Positions 20,575 to 30,942 of a stretch of 64,000 bases of DNA are shown here, piece by piece. How positions within the stretch are numbered: the first letter of the stretch is position 1; every line of letters begins with the position of its first letter. This stretch comes from Sulfurovaceae bacterium (lineage in GTDB: Bacteria > Campylobacterota > Campylobacteria > Campylobacterales > Sulfurovaceae), in NCBI GenBank assembly GCA_041654415.1, contig JBAZDL010000003.1:151601-215600 (forward strand). Direction: 5' to 3'. Both the position numbers and the translations under genes were made by a program. A model generated the notes under the pieces. It was not told where the DNA came from, made no database searches, and was given only the letters and a program-made list of their open reading frames with translations.

Positions 20575-22451
20575 TTTGCTCTTAAATTAGTGTTTTTAAT
20601 AACGGATTTTTTACTATTGATCAATTTGCTCGGCGCCATCATTGCAACACTGGCCGATTTATTGAAATATCCACGAGCATAAAGCCAGCGATAAATATCA
20701 GCAGCTATTGGACCGGCAGAAGAACCTCCATGTCCGCCATGTTCTACAAGAACGGTGACGATCACTTCTGGATTTTCATAAGGAGCATATGTGGTGATCC
20801 AAGCATGTGAACGATGATAATATTCCATCTCTTCTTCTTTCATCCGAACTTTTTCGCTTCTTGATATTCCAACAACTTGCGATGTACCAGTTTTACCGGC
20901 CACAGCAACCGGTACGTTTTTGCCGAAAACTGTCACTGCGGTTCCACCTGGGGTGTTACACACATCATACATTCCGGCACGAATTTCTCTTAGATATTTT
21001 GGATTATATTGTATATATTGTTGTTCCGGTTTTATGCTCTTGTTCCCGAGCTTTTTGACAAAAAGAGGGGTTGGCAAGCTAGAAGTAGCGATCAGTGAAG
21101 TGTATCTGGCTACTTGCAATGGAGTTACAAGCATATATCCTTGACCGATCGAAGTATTGACAGTCTCCCCTGGATACCATGGCTGATTATATCTTTTTTT
21201 CTTCCACTGTGAATCAGGAATGATTCCGACAGACTCACCGTACATATCAACTCCTGTTGAACCGCCAAGACCTATTTTTTTCAGTGCCGGAGCGATTTTA
21301 TCTACTCCTGTAACTAAACTTTTTTTATAAAAATAGACATCCACACTTTCTTTTATAGCTTTTCTAAGATCTACAATGCCATGCCCACTGCTTTTCCAAT
21401 CTCTAAATACCTGACCTCTTTTGCCAACTCTAATTGCTCCGGGACAATACTCTGATATATCCAAGATTCCCGGCATCGCTTCGTTCATGGCCAACGCCAT
21501 ACCCATTTTAATAGTAGACCCTGGAGGGTATGTGCCATATAAGAATTTATTGGTAAACGGATGATCAAAATTATTTTGCAATAAATTCCAATCCTTTTGA
21601 CTGATACCGCTTACAAATAAATTTGGATCATAACTAGGAGTACTAACAGCTGCCAAGATTTCACCTGTCGGCTTCATAACCACTACTGCTCCGGCATCTT
21701 TGCCAAAACGTTCATAGATCATTTTTTGTAATTCCACATCAATATTCAGCACAATATTTTGATTTTCTTTAGGTGGTATTCGTCTTAAGATCTCAATCTC
21801 TTCATTGGTAGCAGTTACTTTGCTGACGATTGACCCTGGTTCACCTTGTAAAAAAGTATTATAATAACTCTCAATGCCGCTCTTGCCCGTTTTGCCTATA
21901 ATTTCAGCTATTTTGTCTTTTTTATTTTCTTTCTCGTTTGTTTTGCCAATATAGCCTATCACATGTGAAGCATAATTGCTATAGGGATAAAATCTTTTAT
22001 TTTCTGTTTCTACTAAAAGATTATCATTTAGACTCAGCCTGGGATATGCACTTATCATCTTGTCATATTGGATAAAATTTACTACTTTTACAAAATTATG
22101 ATTGTAGTGTGAATTCTCTTTTTTGTATACTTTTAAAATCATTTCTCTATCAAGATCTGGAAAAGTTTTTACCAATTGATCAACGGCACTTTTAAACTCT
22201 TTGCTTTTTATATCCAAATGAGGTGCAATGGATACGGAAAATCCAATCTGATTCATAGCCAACAATTTTCCATTGGCATCCATTATCTCACCTCTTGCGG
22301 GTTTGATATAATATGCCTTTTCAGTATTTGCTCTAGCCAACTCTTCATAATAATAGTTTGACTTAATACTCAAATAATAGAGCCGGGCAAAAAGAATGAA
22401 CCAAATAATGGCAAAAAGCCACAATACTATCTTATTTCTCGTTATAGTCAT
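20571..22451 (-). CDS. mrdA: penicillin-binding protein 2 (elongasome transpeptidase)
   Basis: 626 aa with an N-terminal anchor and the motifs PGSTIKM and GKTGTSQ. Confidence 0.9.
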   Translation of the reverse strand: MTITRNKIVLWLFAIIWFILFARLYYLSIKSNYYYEELARANTEKAYYIKPARGEIMDANGKLLAMNQIGFSVSIAPHLDIKSKEFKSAVDQLVKTFPDLDREMILKVYKKENSHYNHNFVKVVNFIQYDKMISAYPRLSLNDNLLVETENKRFYPYSNYASHVIGYIGKTNEKENKKDKIAEIIGKTGKSGIESYYNTFLQGEPGSIVSKVTATNEEIEILRRIPPKENQNIVLNIDVELQKMIYERFGKDAGAVVVMKPTGEILAAVSTPSYDPNLFVSGISQKDWNLLQNNFDHPFTNKFLYGTYPPGSTIKMGMALAMNEAMPGILDISEYCPGAIRVGKRGQVFRDWKSSGHGIVDLRKAIKESVDVYFYKKSLVTGVDKIAPALKKIGLGGSTGVDMYGESVGIIPDSQWKKKRYNQPWYPGETVNTSIGQGYMLVTPLQVARYTSLIATSSLPTPLFVKKLGNKSIKPEQQYIQYNPKYLREIRAGMYDVCNTPGGTAVTVFGKNVPVAVAGKTGTSQVVGISRSEKVRMKEEEMEYYHRSHAWITTYAPYENPEVIVTVLVEHGGHGGSSAGPIAADIYRWLYARGYFNKSASVAMMAPSKLINSKKSVIKNTNLRAN

Positions 22452-22923
22452 AAAACACCATCAATAAAATATCTATTACAAATGAAAAAAAGAGTATCCA
22501 TGTAAAATTAATATTATGATTTGAAGTTAAAAATATTAAATCATCAATAAAAAGTACAATATAATAAGTCAGATATATAAACATTACACTGGTTACGGGT
22601 ATAAACGATTTATTATGCATCCATCCTTTGATCTTTGGAAAGATAAAAAGATAAAAAAGCAACACGGCTATAATGCTGCCAAAAAGAGGCATTGAGAGGT
22701 TGATTTCCAAATTTAAAAGATAAAAACTGGAGATTATTATCAATGGGATATTTTGAGCTCTAATGCCAGTCATAAAAACATACCCTGCCACCCCAAAAAA
22801 AAATGGCAAAAAACTGTGTACCGAGACAAACATAGGGTATAAAATTACAAAAATTGTCAGGAATATACGCCATTTATAACCTATATGGTATTTAGCTTTT
22901 TTATAATAACCGTTATGCACCAT
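22432..22923 (-). CDS. polytopic membrane protein, possibly MreD-like
   Basis: 163 aa, 4-5 TM segments, overlaps the mrdA start. The functional call rests on position only. Confidence 0.3.
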   Translation of the reverse strand: MVHNGYYKKAKYHIGYKWRIFLTIFVILYPMFVSVHSFLPFFFGVAGYVFMTGIRAQNIPLIIISSFYLLNLEINLSMPLFGSIIAVLLFYLFIFPKIKGWMHNKSFIPVTSVMFIYLTYYIVLFIDDLIFLTSNHNINFTWILFFSFVIDILLMVFYDYNEK

Positions 22924-23403
22924 TTAAGCTGCCTTATTGTTTATTAGTGAATATATAAGTGCTACTTCATTGCAAACCGGAAAATGGATACACTTGATAC
23001 AATCTGCCCAAATTTTATGTTCAGGAATATTTTCTTTTTTTATCTCTTTAAATCCTAGGTGTTCAAAAAACTTTGGCACATAAGTTAGAGCCAACACATC
23101 TTGTTCTACTCCTATAGCTCTAGCTTCATCGAGACAAAAAGAGACCATTTTTGCGCCAATGCCTTGGGCTCTATAGCTTGGATGAACGATTAGGCTTCTG
23201 ATCTCTGCCAATCTTTTGGAATGAATATGAAGCGCTGTATATCCAACAAGCACGCCGTCATATTTTGCCAATACGTAAGATCTGATATTTGTTGCTACTT
23301 CATCTTCGCTTCTAGCCAAGATTACGCCAGATTTAACATCATCTTTTATCAATTCCTGCATTGCTGCAATGTCACTTAGTGTTGCTTTTTGTAATGTAAT
23401 CAC
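22924..23403 (-). CDS. GNAT-family N-acetyltransferase
   Basis: RAQGIGAKMV acetyl-CoA-binding motif. 159 aa. Confidence 0.8.
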   Translation of the reverse strand: MITLQKATLSDIAAMQELIKDDVKSGVILARSEDEVATNIRSYVLAKYDGVLVGYTALHIHSKRLAEIRSLIVHPSYRAQGIGAKMVSFCLDEARAIGVEQDVLALTYVPKFFEHLGFKEIKKENIPEHKIWADCIKCIHFPVCNEVALIYSLINNKAA

Positions 23404-24008
23404 GCTTCTATCCCAAAAATAGTATAAAGGATTTTTTTGTGCAGCGGATCAATGCTGTGAGACTTTAAATTACTAAACATAATAGCGTTTGGAAACTCTT
23501 TTTTGAGCGCAGCCCTTTCTTTTTGATTTAGTTTATCCATCTTGGTAAATACAGTGACCAATGCCTGATCGGGACGTACTATCTTTTGCAGGTTCATATA
23601 CACATCTTCATCTATTTCGGTTCGTGGATGCCTAGCATCTCTCAGATGAACAAAAAGTCGAATAGATACACGATGCCTAATAAACTCCAAAAGATTATGC
23701 TGCCATGCATTTTTCAATGTTTTTGATACCTTCGCATATCCAAACCCAGGCAGATCGACTAAACGCAAAGGATATTCTTGTATCTCGTCTTTATATGTTA
23801 TATTAAAAAAATTTATCAGTTGCGTTTTGCCGGGAGTTGAAGAGCTTTTGGCTAGACTTTTTCTATTGACAAGCGTATTGATAGTGGAACTTTTACCCAC
23901 GTTAGAACGCCCCAAAAATACAACTTCACTACGGTCTTCAGGCAAACTGTCAGATATACCTTGTGCTGATTTTATAAACTCTGCATGAGTTAGTTTTGGT
24001 ATGCTCAC
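23400..24008 (-). CDS. engB: ribosome biogenesis GTPase YihA/EngB
   Basis: GRSNVGKSS P-loop, DLPGFGYA switch region and TKMDK motif. Confidence 0.9.
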   Translation of the reverse strand: MSIPKLTHAEFIKSAQGISDSLPEDRSEVVFLGRSNVGKSSTINTLVNRKSLAKSSSTPGKTQLINFFNITYKDEIQEYPLRLVDLPGFGYAKVSKTLKNAWQHNLLEFIRHRVSIRLFVHLRDARHPRTEIDEDVYMNLQKIVRPDQALVTVFTKMDKLNQKERAALKKEFPNAIMFSNLKSHSIDPLHKKILYTIFGIEA

Positions 24009-24487
24009 TTTGATTTCCCTGATTTTTGATCTAATTGAAAAATAAATTTAACCGGTTTTTTATTTTGACTTTTTACACTCGCATTGCCGCTTTTCATATC
24101 TACACTTATAGTATCGCCTGCTAAATGTCTTTTGTTGGCAATATCATCGACTATGGCATTGCCCTGCATTAAATACTTTGATTCTTTTGGCCAATGCTTA
24201 AACACTTGCGCACTGCCCTTGTAGTGTGCTTTTGGGTCTTGGATCTCAAATGTTGCATTGCCTTTTGCTTCGTATAATCTTGTTTGATTGGCATCATCGA
24301 AAAATACAATTGCTTCATTTGCTTTCATCCAATTATGCTCATCTTGCCAAATATGTACATTTCCGCTAAATTTAACCTCTTTTTTTATTCCGCTTGCTTC
24401 AACAGCATCAGCTGTAACTTCTATTTTTTGGGCAAAAAGCAAAGTGGCAATAATTGACAAAAGTAAAAATTTAACTACCAAACGCAT
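24005..24487 (-). CDS. lptA: LPS transport periplasmic protein LptA-like (OstA-N fold)
   Basis: Signal peptide plus a beta-jellyroll-like repeat pattern. The lptC-kdsC context supports the call. Confidence 0.65.
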   Translation of the reverse strand: MRLVVKFLLLSIIATLLFAQKIEVTADAVEASGIKKEVKFSGNVHIWQDEHNWMKANEAIVFFDDANQTRLYEAKGNATFEIQDPKAHYKGSAQVFKHWPKESKYLMQGNAIVDDIANKRHLAGDTISVDMKSGNASVKSQNKKPVKFIFQLDQKSGKSK

Positions 24488-24671
24488 TATGCTTAACCCT
24501 TAAAAATATTTTTGATATTATATCATACCATATCTATTCTATATATAGAATCTATATGACTTTTAAAAACCACAGAAAAACAATATTAATTATCATTGCA
24601 AACAAATAATCCATAATCGTAATATAGGCTGCCACGGCTAAAAACTCACAGTGACGTATGATTTAAATAGC

Positions 24672-25187
24672 CTATTTTTTCTCTTCACTGAATATAATGG
24701 CGTGGATCTTTTGACTTTTTGCTTCTTCTTTTTGCATATCATAATCCAATTTTGCACCGCTAAATTTATTTTCTCCCATTGTAGCTACAAATGGGGTCGG
24801 AGATGTAAATGTTTTGGTTTTTGGATTATATAGAGCATCTTGTGTAGTATACACAAAGCCTCCCTTTTGAATTATCTTTACATCACCTTTTAATATTATA
24901 TTATCCTTAGTATATATCCCTTTATTTGCAACAATTTCGTTTTCGCCTAGTTTTTTGTAGGTAATATGTTCCAGTGTCAATATGCCGTTTTCTTGATTCC
25001 CTGACTTGGCAAACGCTTGACTCACAACAGCAGTAGAATTGACTTCGGTTAAAACCATATTAACAAATTCCAGCTCTTTGCTATTGCTCTTTGATTTTGC
25101 TGCTGTGTCTTGAAATTTCAAATTAAATGACAATCCGATAGTAGCTAATATCATCAGTGCCACTAACCATTCGATCTTTATTACCAT
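24672..25187 (-). CDS. lptC: LptC-like membrane-anchored protein
   Basis: N-terminal anchor WLVALMILATIGL and position between kdsC and lptA. Start moved to MVIKIEW. Confidence 0.5.
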   Translation of the reverse strand: MVIKIEWLVALMILATIGLSFNLKFQDTAAKSKSNSKELEFVNMVLTEVNSTAVVSQAFAKSGNQENGILTLEHITYKKLGENEIVANKGIYTKDNIILKGDVKIIQKGGFVYTTQDALYNPKTKTFTSPTPFVATMGENKFSGAKLDYDMQKEEAKSQKIHAIIFSEEKK

Positions 25188-25675
25188 TGTGTTACAAATT
25201 TCTCCCAAAGCCCTTCTTCTTTGACGATATGCTCTATCATCTCTCTGACGGCTCCATCGCCTCCTTTTGTGTTAAGCTTGACATCGACTGCCTCTAATAT
25301 ATATTCATTTGCATCTGCCGGAGCAAACGATAGCCCTGCTGCTTCTATCATGCTTAGATCATTAAAATCATCACCGATTGCAGCTACTTGGCTTTGAACT
25401 AGAGACATATCAGACATCAAGGAAGCTAAAACTTCATTTTTATTTTTGACACCTTCAAAAAAATATTTGATTCTAAGCTCTTTGGCTCGTCTAGCGATCA
25501 CTGCTGAACGACGCCCTGTAATGATAGCTACCTCTTTGCCTAATCCTATCCAGCCATCAATCCCTAATCCATCTTTAACGTTAAAAGATTTGACCTCATC
25601 TCCGCTTGCACTGTATGTGATCTTTCCATCGGTCATAGTACCGTCAACATCAAGTACCAACAATTCTATACTCAT
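25181..25675 (-). CDS. kdsC: KDO 8-phosphate phosphatase
   Basis: LLVLDVDGTMTDG and IGDDFNDL HAD motifs. 164 aa. Confidence 0.85.
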   Translation of the reverse strand: MSIELLVLDVDGTMTDGKITYSASGDEVKSFNVKDGLGIDGWIGLGKEVAIITGRRSAVIARRAKELRIKYFFEGVKNKNEVLASLMSDMSLVQSQVAAIGDDFNDLSMIEAAGLSFAPADANEYILEAVDVKLNTKGGDGAVREMIEHIVKEEGLWEKFVTQW

Positions 25676-26244
25676 AACACGCCTTTCGTACTTGGGATTC
25701 CGGCATTTTCGTTTATTGCCACTGCTCTGCGAAGTGCTACAGCCAATGCTTTAAAAGCAGCTTCTATGATATGGTGTTTGTTTTTACCTCTATGATATGT
25801 CAAGTGCAATGTAATCGGTAAATTCATAGCAAATGCTCTAAAAAATTCTTCAACGAGCTCTACATCAAAATCGCCCACTTTGCCGCCTATTGGCAACTCA
25901 AATACTAAAAATCCGCGATTTGATATATCAATATCGCATCCTACACTTGCCTCATCCATAACCACGATTGCATTACCGTATCTCTCTATATTTTGTACCG
26001 GATATATAGCTTGATGAAGAGCTTTGGCTAGCACTATGGCTATATCTTCTACGCTATGATGATCATCTATATGCGTATCGCCATCACAAGATACTTCCAA
26101 ATTTATATGCGCATGTCTTCCAAACGCATCAAGCATATGATCCAAAAAACCAACCCCTGTTGATATACTTGTCTGCCCGCTGCCATAAAGATTTAATCTG
26201 ACCGCAATATCAGTCTCTTTTGTAGTTCTTTTTACCTCTATCAT
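25672..26244 (-). CDS. hisB: imidazoleglycerol-phosphate dehydratase
   Basis: RTTKETDI start, DDHHSVEDIAI and HHIIEAAFKA motifs. Confidence 0.95.
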   Translation of the reverse strand: MIEVKRTTKETDIAVRLNLYGSGQTSISTGVGFLDHMLDAFGRHAHINLEVSCDGDTHIDDHHSVEDIAIVLAKALHQAIYPVQNIERYGNAIVVMDEASVGCDIDISNRGFLVFELPIGGKVGDFDVELVEEFFRAFAMNLPITLHLTYHRGKNKHHIIEAAFKALAVALRRAVAINENAGIPSTKGVL

Positions 26245-26253
26245 AATTTTCTC

Positions 26254-27063
26254 CTATCCTCTAATAATTATTGCATTTGCTATGCCATGATCTAACATAT
26301 AATTTCTAGCTTCGTCTTCCGATGCAAATCCCATCACAAATACACGATACAAAGCGCTGCCGTCATGTGTATCAAATCTCTTTACTATAGATTTATACTT
26401 TGGATCCAAAGATGCATATCTGTCTTTAGTCTTTAGTGCTCCTTGTTCAACCTTAAATGCTCCTACTTGTATACCAAAGTTGTCAAGCAAGATCTTTTTT
26501 GGAGAATTAGCTGCTATGTTTGTATTTACATCCATTATCGGCTTAGCCGGTCTGCTATTAAAACTGACAGCTTCTATTTTTACTCTGGCCAGCCCTGTCT
26601 TATCCAACCCCAATGCTTTGCCTGTTGCATAACTGCAGTCGATTATCCTATCATCTTTGAATGGGCCCCTGTCGTTGATGCGAGCAATCTGGATTTTGCC
26701 GTTGTCAAGATTTGTTATTTTTACGACAGTATCCATAGGCCATGTTTTGTGAGCTGCTGTAAAATCATGCATATTATAGAGTTCACCGCTGCTTGTATAT
26801 TTACCATGAAAATCAGGGCCATACCAGCTGGCAATTCCGCTCATCGTTTCGCCTGTCTCGATATAAGTAGGATTATATGTTTTGCCAAACACATTATAAC
26901 TTCTCATTGTGGTTTTATGCCTATCCTGACTTGTAATAAATGGTTGTTTTTTATTCCATCCATATGTTCCTACAGGAGCAGAACACCCTGCAAGCCAAAA
27001 CGCACTTGCTAGAATACAAATTCCAATAAACAATCTATTTGTCAAGACAAACTCCAATATCAT
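26254..27063 (-). CDS. rlpA: septal-ring lytic transglycosylase RlpA-family lipoprotein with SPOR domain
   Basis: Lipobox LAGCS, DPBB core GIASWYGPDFHGK...INDRGPF, and a C-terminal SPOR-like FGIQVGAF...YRVFVMGF. Confidence 0.85.
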   Translation of the reverse strand: MILEFVLTNRLFIGICILASAFWLAGCSAPVGTYGWNKKQPFITSQDRHKTTMRSYNVFGKTYNPTYIETGETMSGIASWYGPDFHGKYTSSGELYNMHDFTAAHKTWPMDTVVKITNLDNGKIQIARINDRGPFKDDRIIDCSYATGKALGLDKTGLARVKIEAVSFNSRPAKPIMDVNTNIAANSPKKILLDNFGIQVGAFKVEQGALKTKDRYASLDPKYKSIVKRFDTHDGSALYRVFVMGFASEDEARNYMLDHGIANAIIIRG

Positions 27064-27180
27064 GATTTGATAGTTAGATTATCTCTTTATTTGACTTTAA
27101 TTTGGCTTTTGGACTATTATTGTCAAGATTAATCCTTTTGCCATGAGTATTTGGTTTAAGTATTTAAATATATAAATAAT

Positions 27181-27255
27181 GTCATTTGAGCGCACCTTGA
27201 AAGCCACGCTTGTGGGAGCAGTGCATACACGAGTGGTGCGATTCGCGAAAATGAC
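27181..27255. repeat. 75-bp palindromic REP/MITE-like element with GTCATTT termini
   Basis: GTCATTTGAGCGCACC ... GGTGCGATTCGCGAAAATGAC. The GC-rich arms pair imperfectly. The GTCAT-type end resembles the other palindromic repeats at 35.1-37.5 kb. Confidence 0.5.
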
Positions 27256-27300
27256 GCTTTTTATGATACTTGTCTAAAAAGTATCATAGAAAAAAATATA

Positions 27301-28071
27301 TCAAATTCCAAAAAGCTTGTGTGCATTTCCAGTAGTAATGGCTGCTACATCATCAACACTCATTTCACTCAAATCCGCCATCTTATCGGCAACAAACGTA
27401 CAATAACCAGGCTCATTTCTCTCGCCTCTGTGAGGATGCGGTGTCAGATACGGAGCATCTGTCTCTATAAGCAACTTATCTAATGGTATTTTTGGATAAA
27501 CCTCCACTAGTTTTCTGGCATTTTGAAATGTTAGCACTCCGCCTATACCAAAATAAAAGTTATACTTTGCCAGTTTGAGCAATTCATGATCTGCATTATA
27601 GCAGTGCAAAACGCCGCCTTTTTTGCCCGCATAAGCTTGCAGTATCTCCAAACAATCATGTGATGCATCCCTTATATGAACTATGAGTGGTTTTCCATAT
27701 TTTTTGGCTAGATCTATTTGATCCAAAAATACCTCTTTTTGAAGTGTTTTTTGCGCTATTATTTCTTCATCTTCTGCCGGCAAGCGATAATAATCCAGTC
27801 CGCACTCGCCGACTGCTACACACTTTGGATGGACAATGTACTTCTCCAATAATGCTCTATCATAATTTATGGCATCATACGGATGTACTCCTACGGCAAA
27901 ATAGACCTCATCAAAATTCTCACTTATAGATACAGCTTTACTTAGTGTAGTCGGATCTGCTCCGGGGATGATAAATTTCTCTACTCCGTTGCTTATGGCT
28001 CCAGCTATGACTTCGTCTAAATCCTCATTATATCTATTATCATCTAGATGGCAATGTGTATCTATGATCAT
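27301..28071 (-). CDS. TatD-family metal-dependent hydrolase
   Basis: MIIDTHCHLD start and the downstream HIRDA, HCY and ETDAPY motifs. Confidence 0.9.
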   Translation of the reverse strand: MIIDTHCHLDDNRYNEDLDEVIAGAISNGVEKFIIPGADPTTLSKAVSISENFDEVYFAVGVHPYDAINYDRALLEKYIVHPKCVAVGECGLDYYRLPAEDEEIIAQKTLQKEVFLDQIDLAKKYGKPLIVHIRDASHDCLEILQAYAGKKGGVLHCYNADHELLKLAKYNFYFGIGGVLTFQNARKLVEVYPKIPLDKLLIETDAPYLTPHPHRGERNEPGYCTFVADKMADLSEMSVDDVAAITTGNAHKLFGI

Positions 28072-28247
28072 TTATTCCTCTTTACCGATTTTATTGAATG
28101 CAATTTTATCATATTTTGTTTGCGGCATTATTTTGAGCATGGTATGCATGATAACTTCAGTTATATTTATTGTAACCAAAATATTTGACAAATACAAATT
28201 AATAATAGTATAATAGAATTTCAAATATCTTAACATAGGAGTTCGTT

Positions 28248-28682
28248 ATGCTATTAACTAAATTTGACCCAATGAAAGATTTTAGAGACCTAGAGGAAAG
28301 AATGATGACAGCTTTTCAAATGCCGTCGCTTAATACTCTTACAAACGTCAATGGCTGGACGCCATCGGTAAATACCCGAGAAGATAAAAGTGCTTATCAT
28401 ATAGAAGTAGATCTTCCCGGAGTAAAAAAAGAAGATATTCATGTCGATTGCAAAGATAATGTTTTGACACTTTCAGGTGAGCGAAAAACCAAAAGCGAAG
28501 TGAACGAAAAAGACTATCACAAAGTAGAAAGTTTTTACGGTAAATTCCAAAGAAGTTTTACACTGCCTGATGATGTAGATGCGGACAATATCGACGCAAA
28601 TTCAAAAAACGGCATGCTAGAGATCAAGATACCAAAATCCAAAAAGACCAAAAAAGAGACCAAAAAAATCGAAGTTAAATAA
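28248..28682 (+). CDS. Hsp20/alpha-crystallin small heat-shock protein
   Basis: ACD core YHIEVDLPGVKKEDIHV...GMLEIKIPK. Confidence 0.9.
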   Translation: MLLTKFDPMKDFRDLEERMMTAFQMPSLNTLTNVNGWTPSVNTREDKSAYHIEVDLPGVKKEDIHVDCKDNVLTLSGERKTKSEVNEKDYHKVESFYGKFQRSFTLPDDVDADNIDANSKNGMLEIKIPKSKKTKKETKKIEVK

Positions 28683-28738
28683 ACTTCATATCTTGAGGGG
28701 TATCCTCCCTCAAAAATATTTAACAAAGTAGGGCAATA

Positions 28739-30460
28739 ATGATAATATCAAACATAGAGATTGCTGCTATCTTTGATCAATTAGCCGACCTATTAGAAAT
28801 AAAAGGCGAAAACCATTTCAAGGTCATAGCGTATAGAAATGCTGTACGTACGATCGAAAATATGGGCACTGATCTCTCAAAAATGGTAAAAGACGGGGTC
28901 GATCTCTCCGAAATTCCCACAATTGGAGAACGTATTGCCCAAAAGATCAAAGAGATCGTAACCACAGGCAAACTCTCAAAACTAGAAAATCTAAAAAGAT
29001 CTTTTCCTCCTCATCTGCTTGACCTGCTAAATATAAAAGGCATAGGCCCCAAAAGAACCAAGATACTCTACGAAAATCTTCAAATAAACTCTTTGGAAGA
29101 ATTAAAAAAAGCTGCTCTTGCTCACAAGATAAGAGACCTAGAAGGCTTTGATGAAAAACTAGAACAGATGATCTTGGAAGGCACAATGCTAGCCAAAAAA
29201 GAGGGCAAACGTTTCTTGTACTCTGTAGCCGAACCCCATGCCAATGACATAGTGACATATATGAAAAACTCCAAAGAGGCCTCAAGGGTGATAATGGCAG
29301 GCAGTTTTCGAAGAAAAAAAGAGACCATTGGAGATCTTGACCTGCTTGTAACTTCCAATAATCCTACTCTTGTGATAGACTATTTTATACGGTATCCGGA
29401 TATCAAAGATGTCATCTCCAAAGGCATTACAAAATCAACCGTGATATTGAATAACAATTTGCAAGTAGATCTCAGGTGTGTACCGGATGATAGCTATGGT
29501 GCGACTTTGCATTATTTTACGGGCTCAAAATCCCATAACGTCACCATAAGAAAAATGGCGATAGAAATGGGGCTCAAAGTAAATGAGTACGGAATATTCA
29601 AGGGCGAAAAAAAGATCGCAGGTGCAACCGAAGAAGAGATGTACAAAACCGTAGGACTTAGCTATATCGAGCCCGAACTCCGAGAAAACAGAGGCGAACT
29701 CGAAGCAGCCGCGCATAAAAAGCTCCCTGATCTGGTCAGCATGGAAGATATCAAGGGCGATCTGCATACACATACTACTTACAGCGATGGACAAAATAGC
29801 ATTATAGAAATGGCCGAGGCTGCGAAAAATCTGGGATATAAATATATAGCCATTACTGACCATTCAAAACATTTAGCCATATACAACGGCATGGACAAAA
29901 AAAGATTGAGAATACAATTAGAAGAGATAGATAAAATAAATGAAAAATTAGATGGCATCACACTGCTTAAAAGCATTGAGGTCGATATTCTAGAAGACGG
30001 CTCATTAGCTCTAAGCAATGATATACTAAAAGAGCTGGATCTTGTCGTTGGAGGCATGCATGACAAATTAACCCTTCCAAGCGACAAACAGACCAAAAGA
30101 ATACTAAAAGCGATGGATAATCCATATTTCAATATCCTAGCTCATCCTACTAGCAGACTGATAGGCGAGAGAGAAGCTTGTGATATCGATATGCGCCTGC
30201 TTTTCAAAGAAGTCAAAGCACGAGGATGTTTTTTGGAGATAAACTCGCAGCCCAAACGGCTTGATCTTAATGATATTTATGCAAAATATGCCAAAGAAGC
30301 GGGTGTAAGATTTGCCATATCCACCGACGCGCATAATATCGCGACTTTAGAATATATGAGATACGGTCTCTTCCAAGCTAGACGCGGCTGGATAGAAAAA
30401 AAAGATGTTATAAACACACTCTCTTTGGATAAACTCAAAAAAGCACTACAAAGAATATAA
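28739..30460 (+). CDS. polX: family X DNA polymerase with C-terminal PHP domain
   Basis: HhH motifs (GIGPKRT), GSFRRKKETIGDLDLLV catalytic aspartates, and PHP HTHTTYSDG ... STDAH. Confidence 0.9.
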   Translation: MIISNIEIAAIFDQLADLLEIKGENHFKVIAYRNAVRTIENMGTDLSKMVKDGVDLSEIPTIGERIAQKIKEIVTTGKLSKLENLKRSFPPHLLDLLNIKGIGPKRTKILYENLQINSLEELKKAALAHKIRDLEGFDEKLEQMILEGTMLAKKEGKRFLYSVAEPHANDIVTYMKNSKEASRVIMAGSFRRKKETIGDLDLLVTSNNPTLVIDYFIRYPDIKDVISKGITKSTVILNNNLQVDLRCVPDDSYGATLHYFTGSKSHNVTIRKMAIEMGLKVNEYGIFKGEKKIAGATEEEMYKTVGLSYIEPELRENRGELEAAAHKKLPDLVSMEDIKGDLHTHTTYSDGQNSIIEMAEAAKNLGYKYIAITDHSKHLAIYNGMDKKRLRIQLEEIDKINEKLDGITLLKSIEVDILEDGSLALSNDILKELDLVVGGMHDKLTLPSDKQTKRILKAMDNPYFNILAHPTSRLIGEREACDIDMRLLFKEVKARGCFLEINSQPKRLDLNDIYAKYAKEAGVRFAISTDAHNIATLEYMRYGLFQARRGWIEKKDVINTLSLDKLKKALQRI

Positions 30461-30469
30461 CCCCCCTCC

Positions 30470-30745
30470 TCATATCTCCTCATAATCCAATTCATACATA
30501 TACTCTCCAAAGTTGTGTTCTAGCATATGCTCTATCTTTTCTTTGTATTGTGCTGTACTCTTGGAATCATGAGAGAGAAACACAAATGCCACGTCAGCTT
30601 CCTTGGCATACTCCCCACTAATATCAAGTACAGATACATTAAATGCTTTGAGCTTTTCTTTTAGACTATTTAGGACACTTCTACGGCCTTTGAGCGAAGA
30701 GACATAAGGCAGTTCCATATGGATATGACAGTGGCAAATGATCAT
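30470..30745 (-). CDS. DUF503-family protein
   Basis: 91 aa. HMELPYVSSLKGRRSVLNSLKEKLKAFNVSV matches the DUF503 pattern. Confidence 0.7.
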   Translation of the reverse strand: MIICHCHIHMELPYVSSLKGRRSVLNSLKEKLKAFNVSVLDISGEYAKEADVAFVFLSHDSKSTAQYKEKIEHMLEHNFGEYMYELDYEEI

Positions 30746-30942
30746 GCATTCTCCTTATATAACGATCATGTTATTATACACCTTATACAGCACTATCTAA
30801 TACACTTTTAGATACTATTGCGCCCTATTTTATATCTTCTATCGTCTTGCTGTGTAAATTTTGATTCGTTTTTTAAGTTACTTTGTCCCTATAAACGACC
30901 GTCAAGAGAGATTGATATATTGAATACATTCAAGGAGTTTTA

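Noticed and set aside
24536-24551. 16-bp perfect palindrome ATTCTATATATAGAAT in the 184-bp gap between lptC and lptA, considered as a regulator binding site
   Set aside because: TA-repeat palindromes arise easily by chance in sequence this AT-rich. No second copy or partner regulator was seen.
26443-27012. 189-aa plus-strand ORF in the track (similar cases: 31416..32012, 8397..8819, 29525..30132, 33229..33648, 39409..39705, 41917..42216, 44084..44335, 45250..45579)
   Set aside because: Each lies antisense or out of frame within a gene that has strong family motifs. Their translations are low-complexity or Cys/Phe/Ile-rich shadow sequences.
27181-27255. GC-rich 75-nt intergenic segment considered as a tRNA or tRNA fragment (contains TTCGCGAATCGCACCA on the minus strand)
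   Set aside because: It has no D-arm or anticodon-arm geometry. The two ends pair with each other as a long imperfect palindrome, so it is better explained as a REP/MITE-like element.
27262-27288. Perfect 10-bp hairpin TATGATACTT-7nt-AAGTATCATA downstream of tatD, considered as a rho-independent terminator
   Set aside because: On the tatD (minus) strand the T-run precedes the stem and an A-run follows it, which is the wrong polarity for an intrinsic terminator.
28692-28711. Hairpin TTGAGGG-6nt-CCCTCAA after hsp20, considered as a terminator
   Set aside because: It is followed by an A-run rather than a T-run on the hsp20 strand, and polX starts 28 bp later. Its function is uncertain, so I did not call it as a feature.
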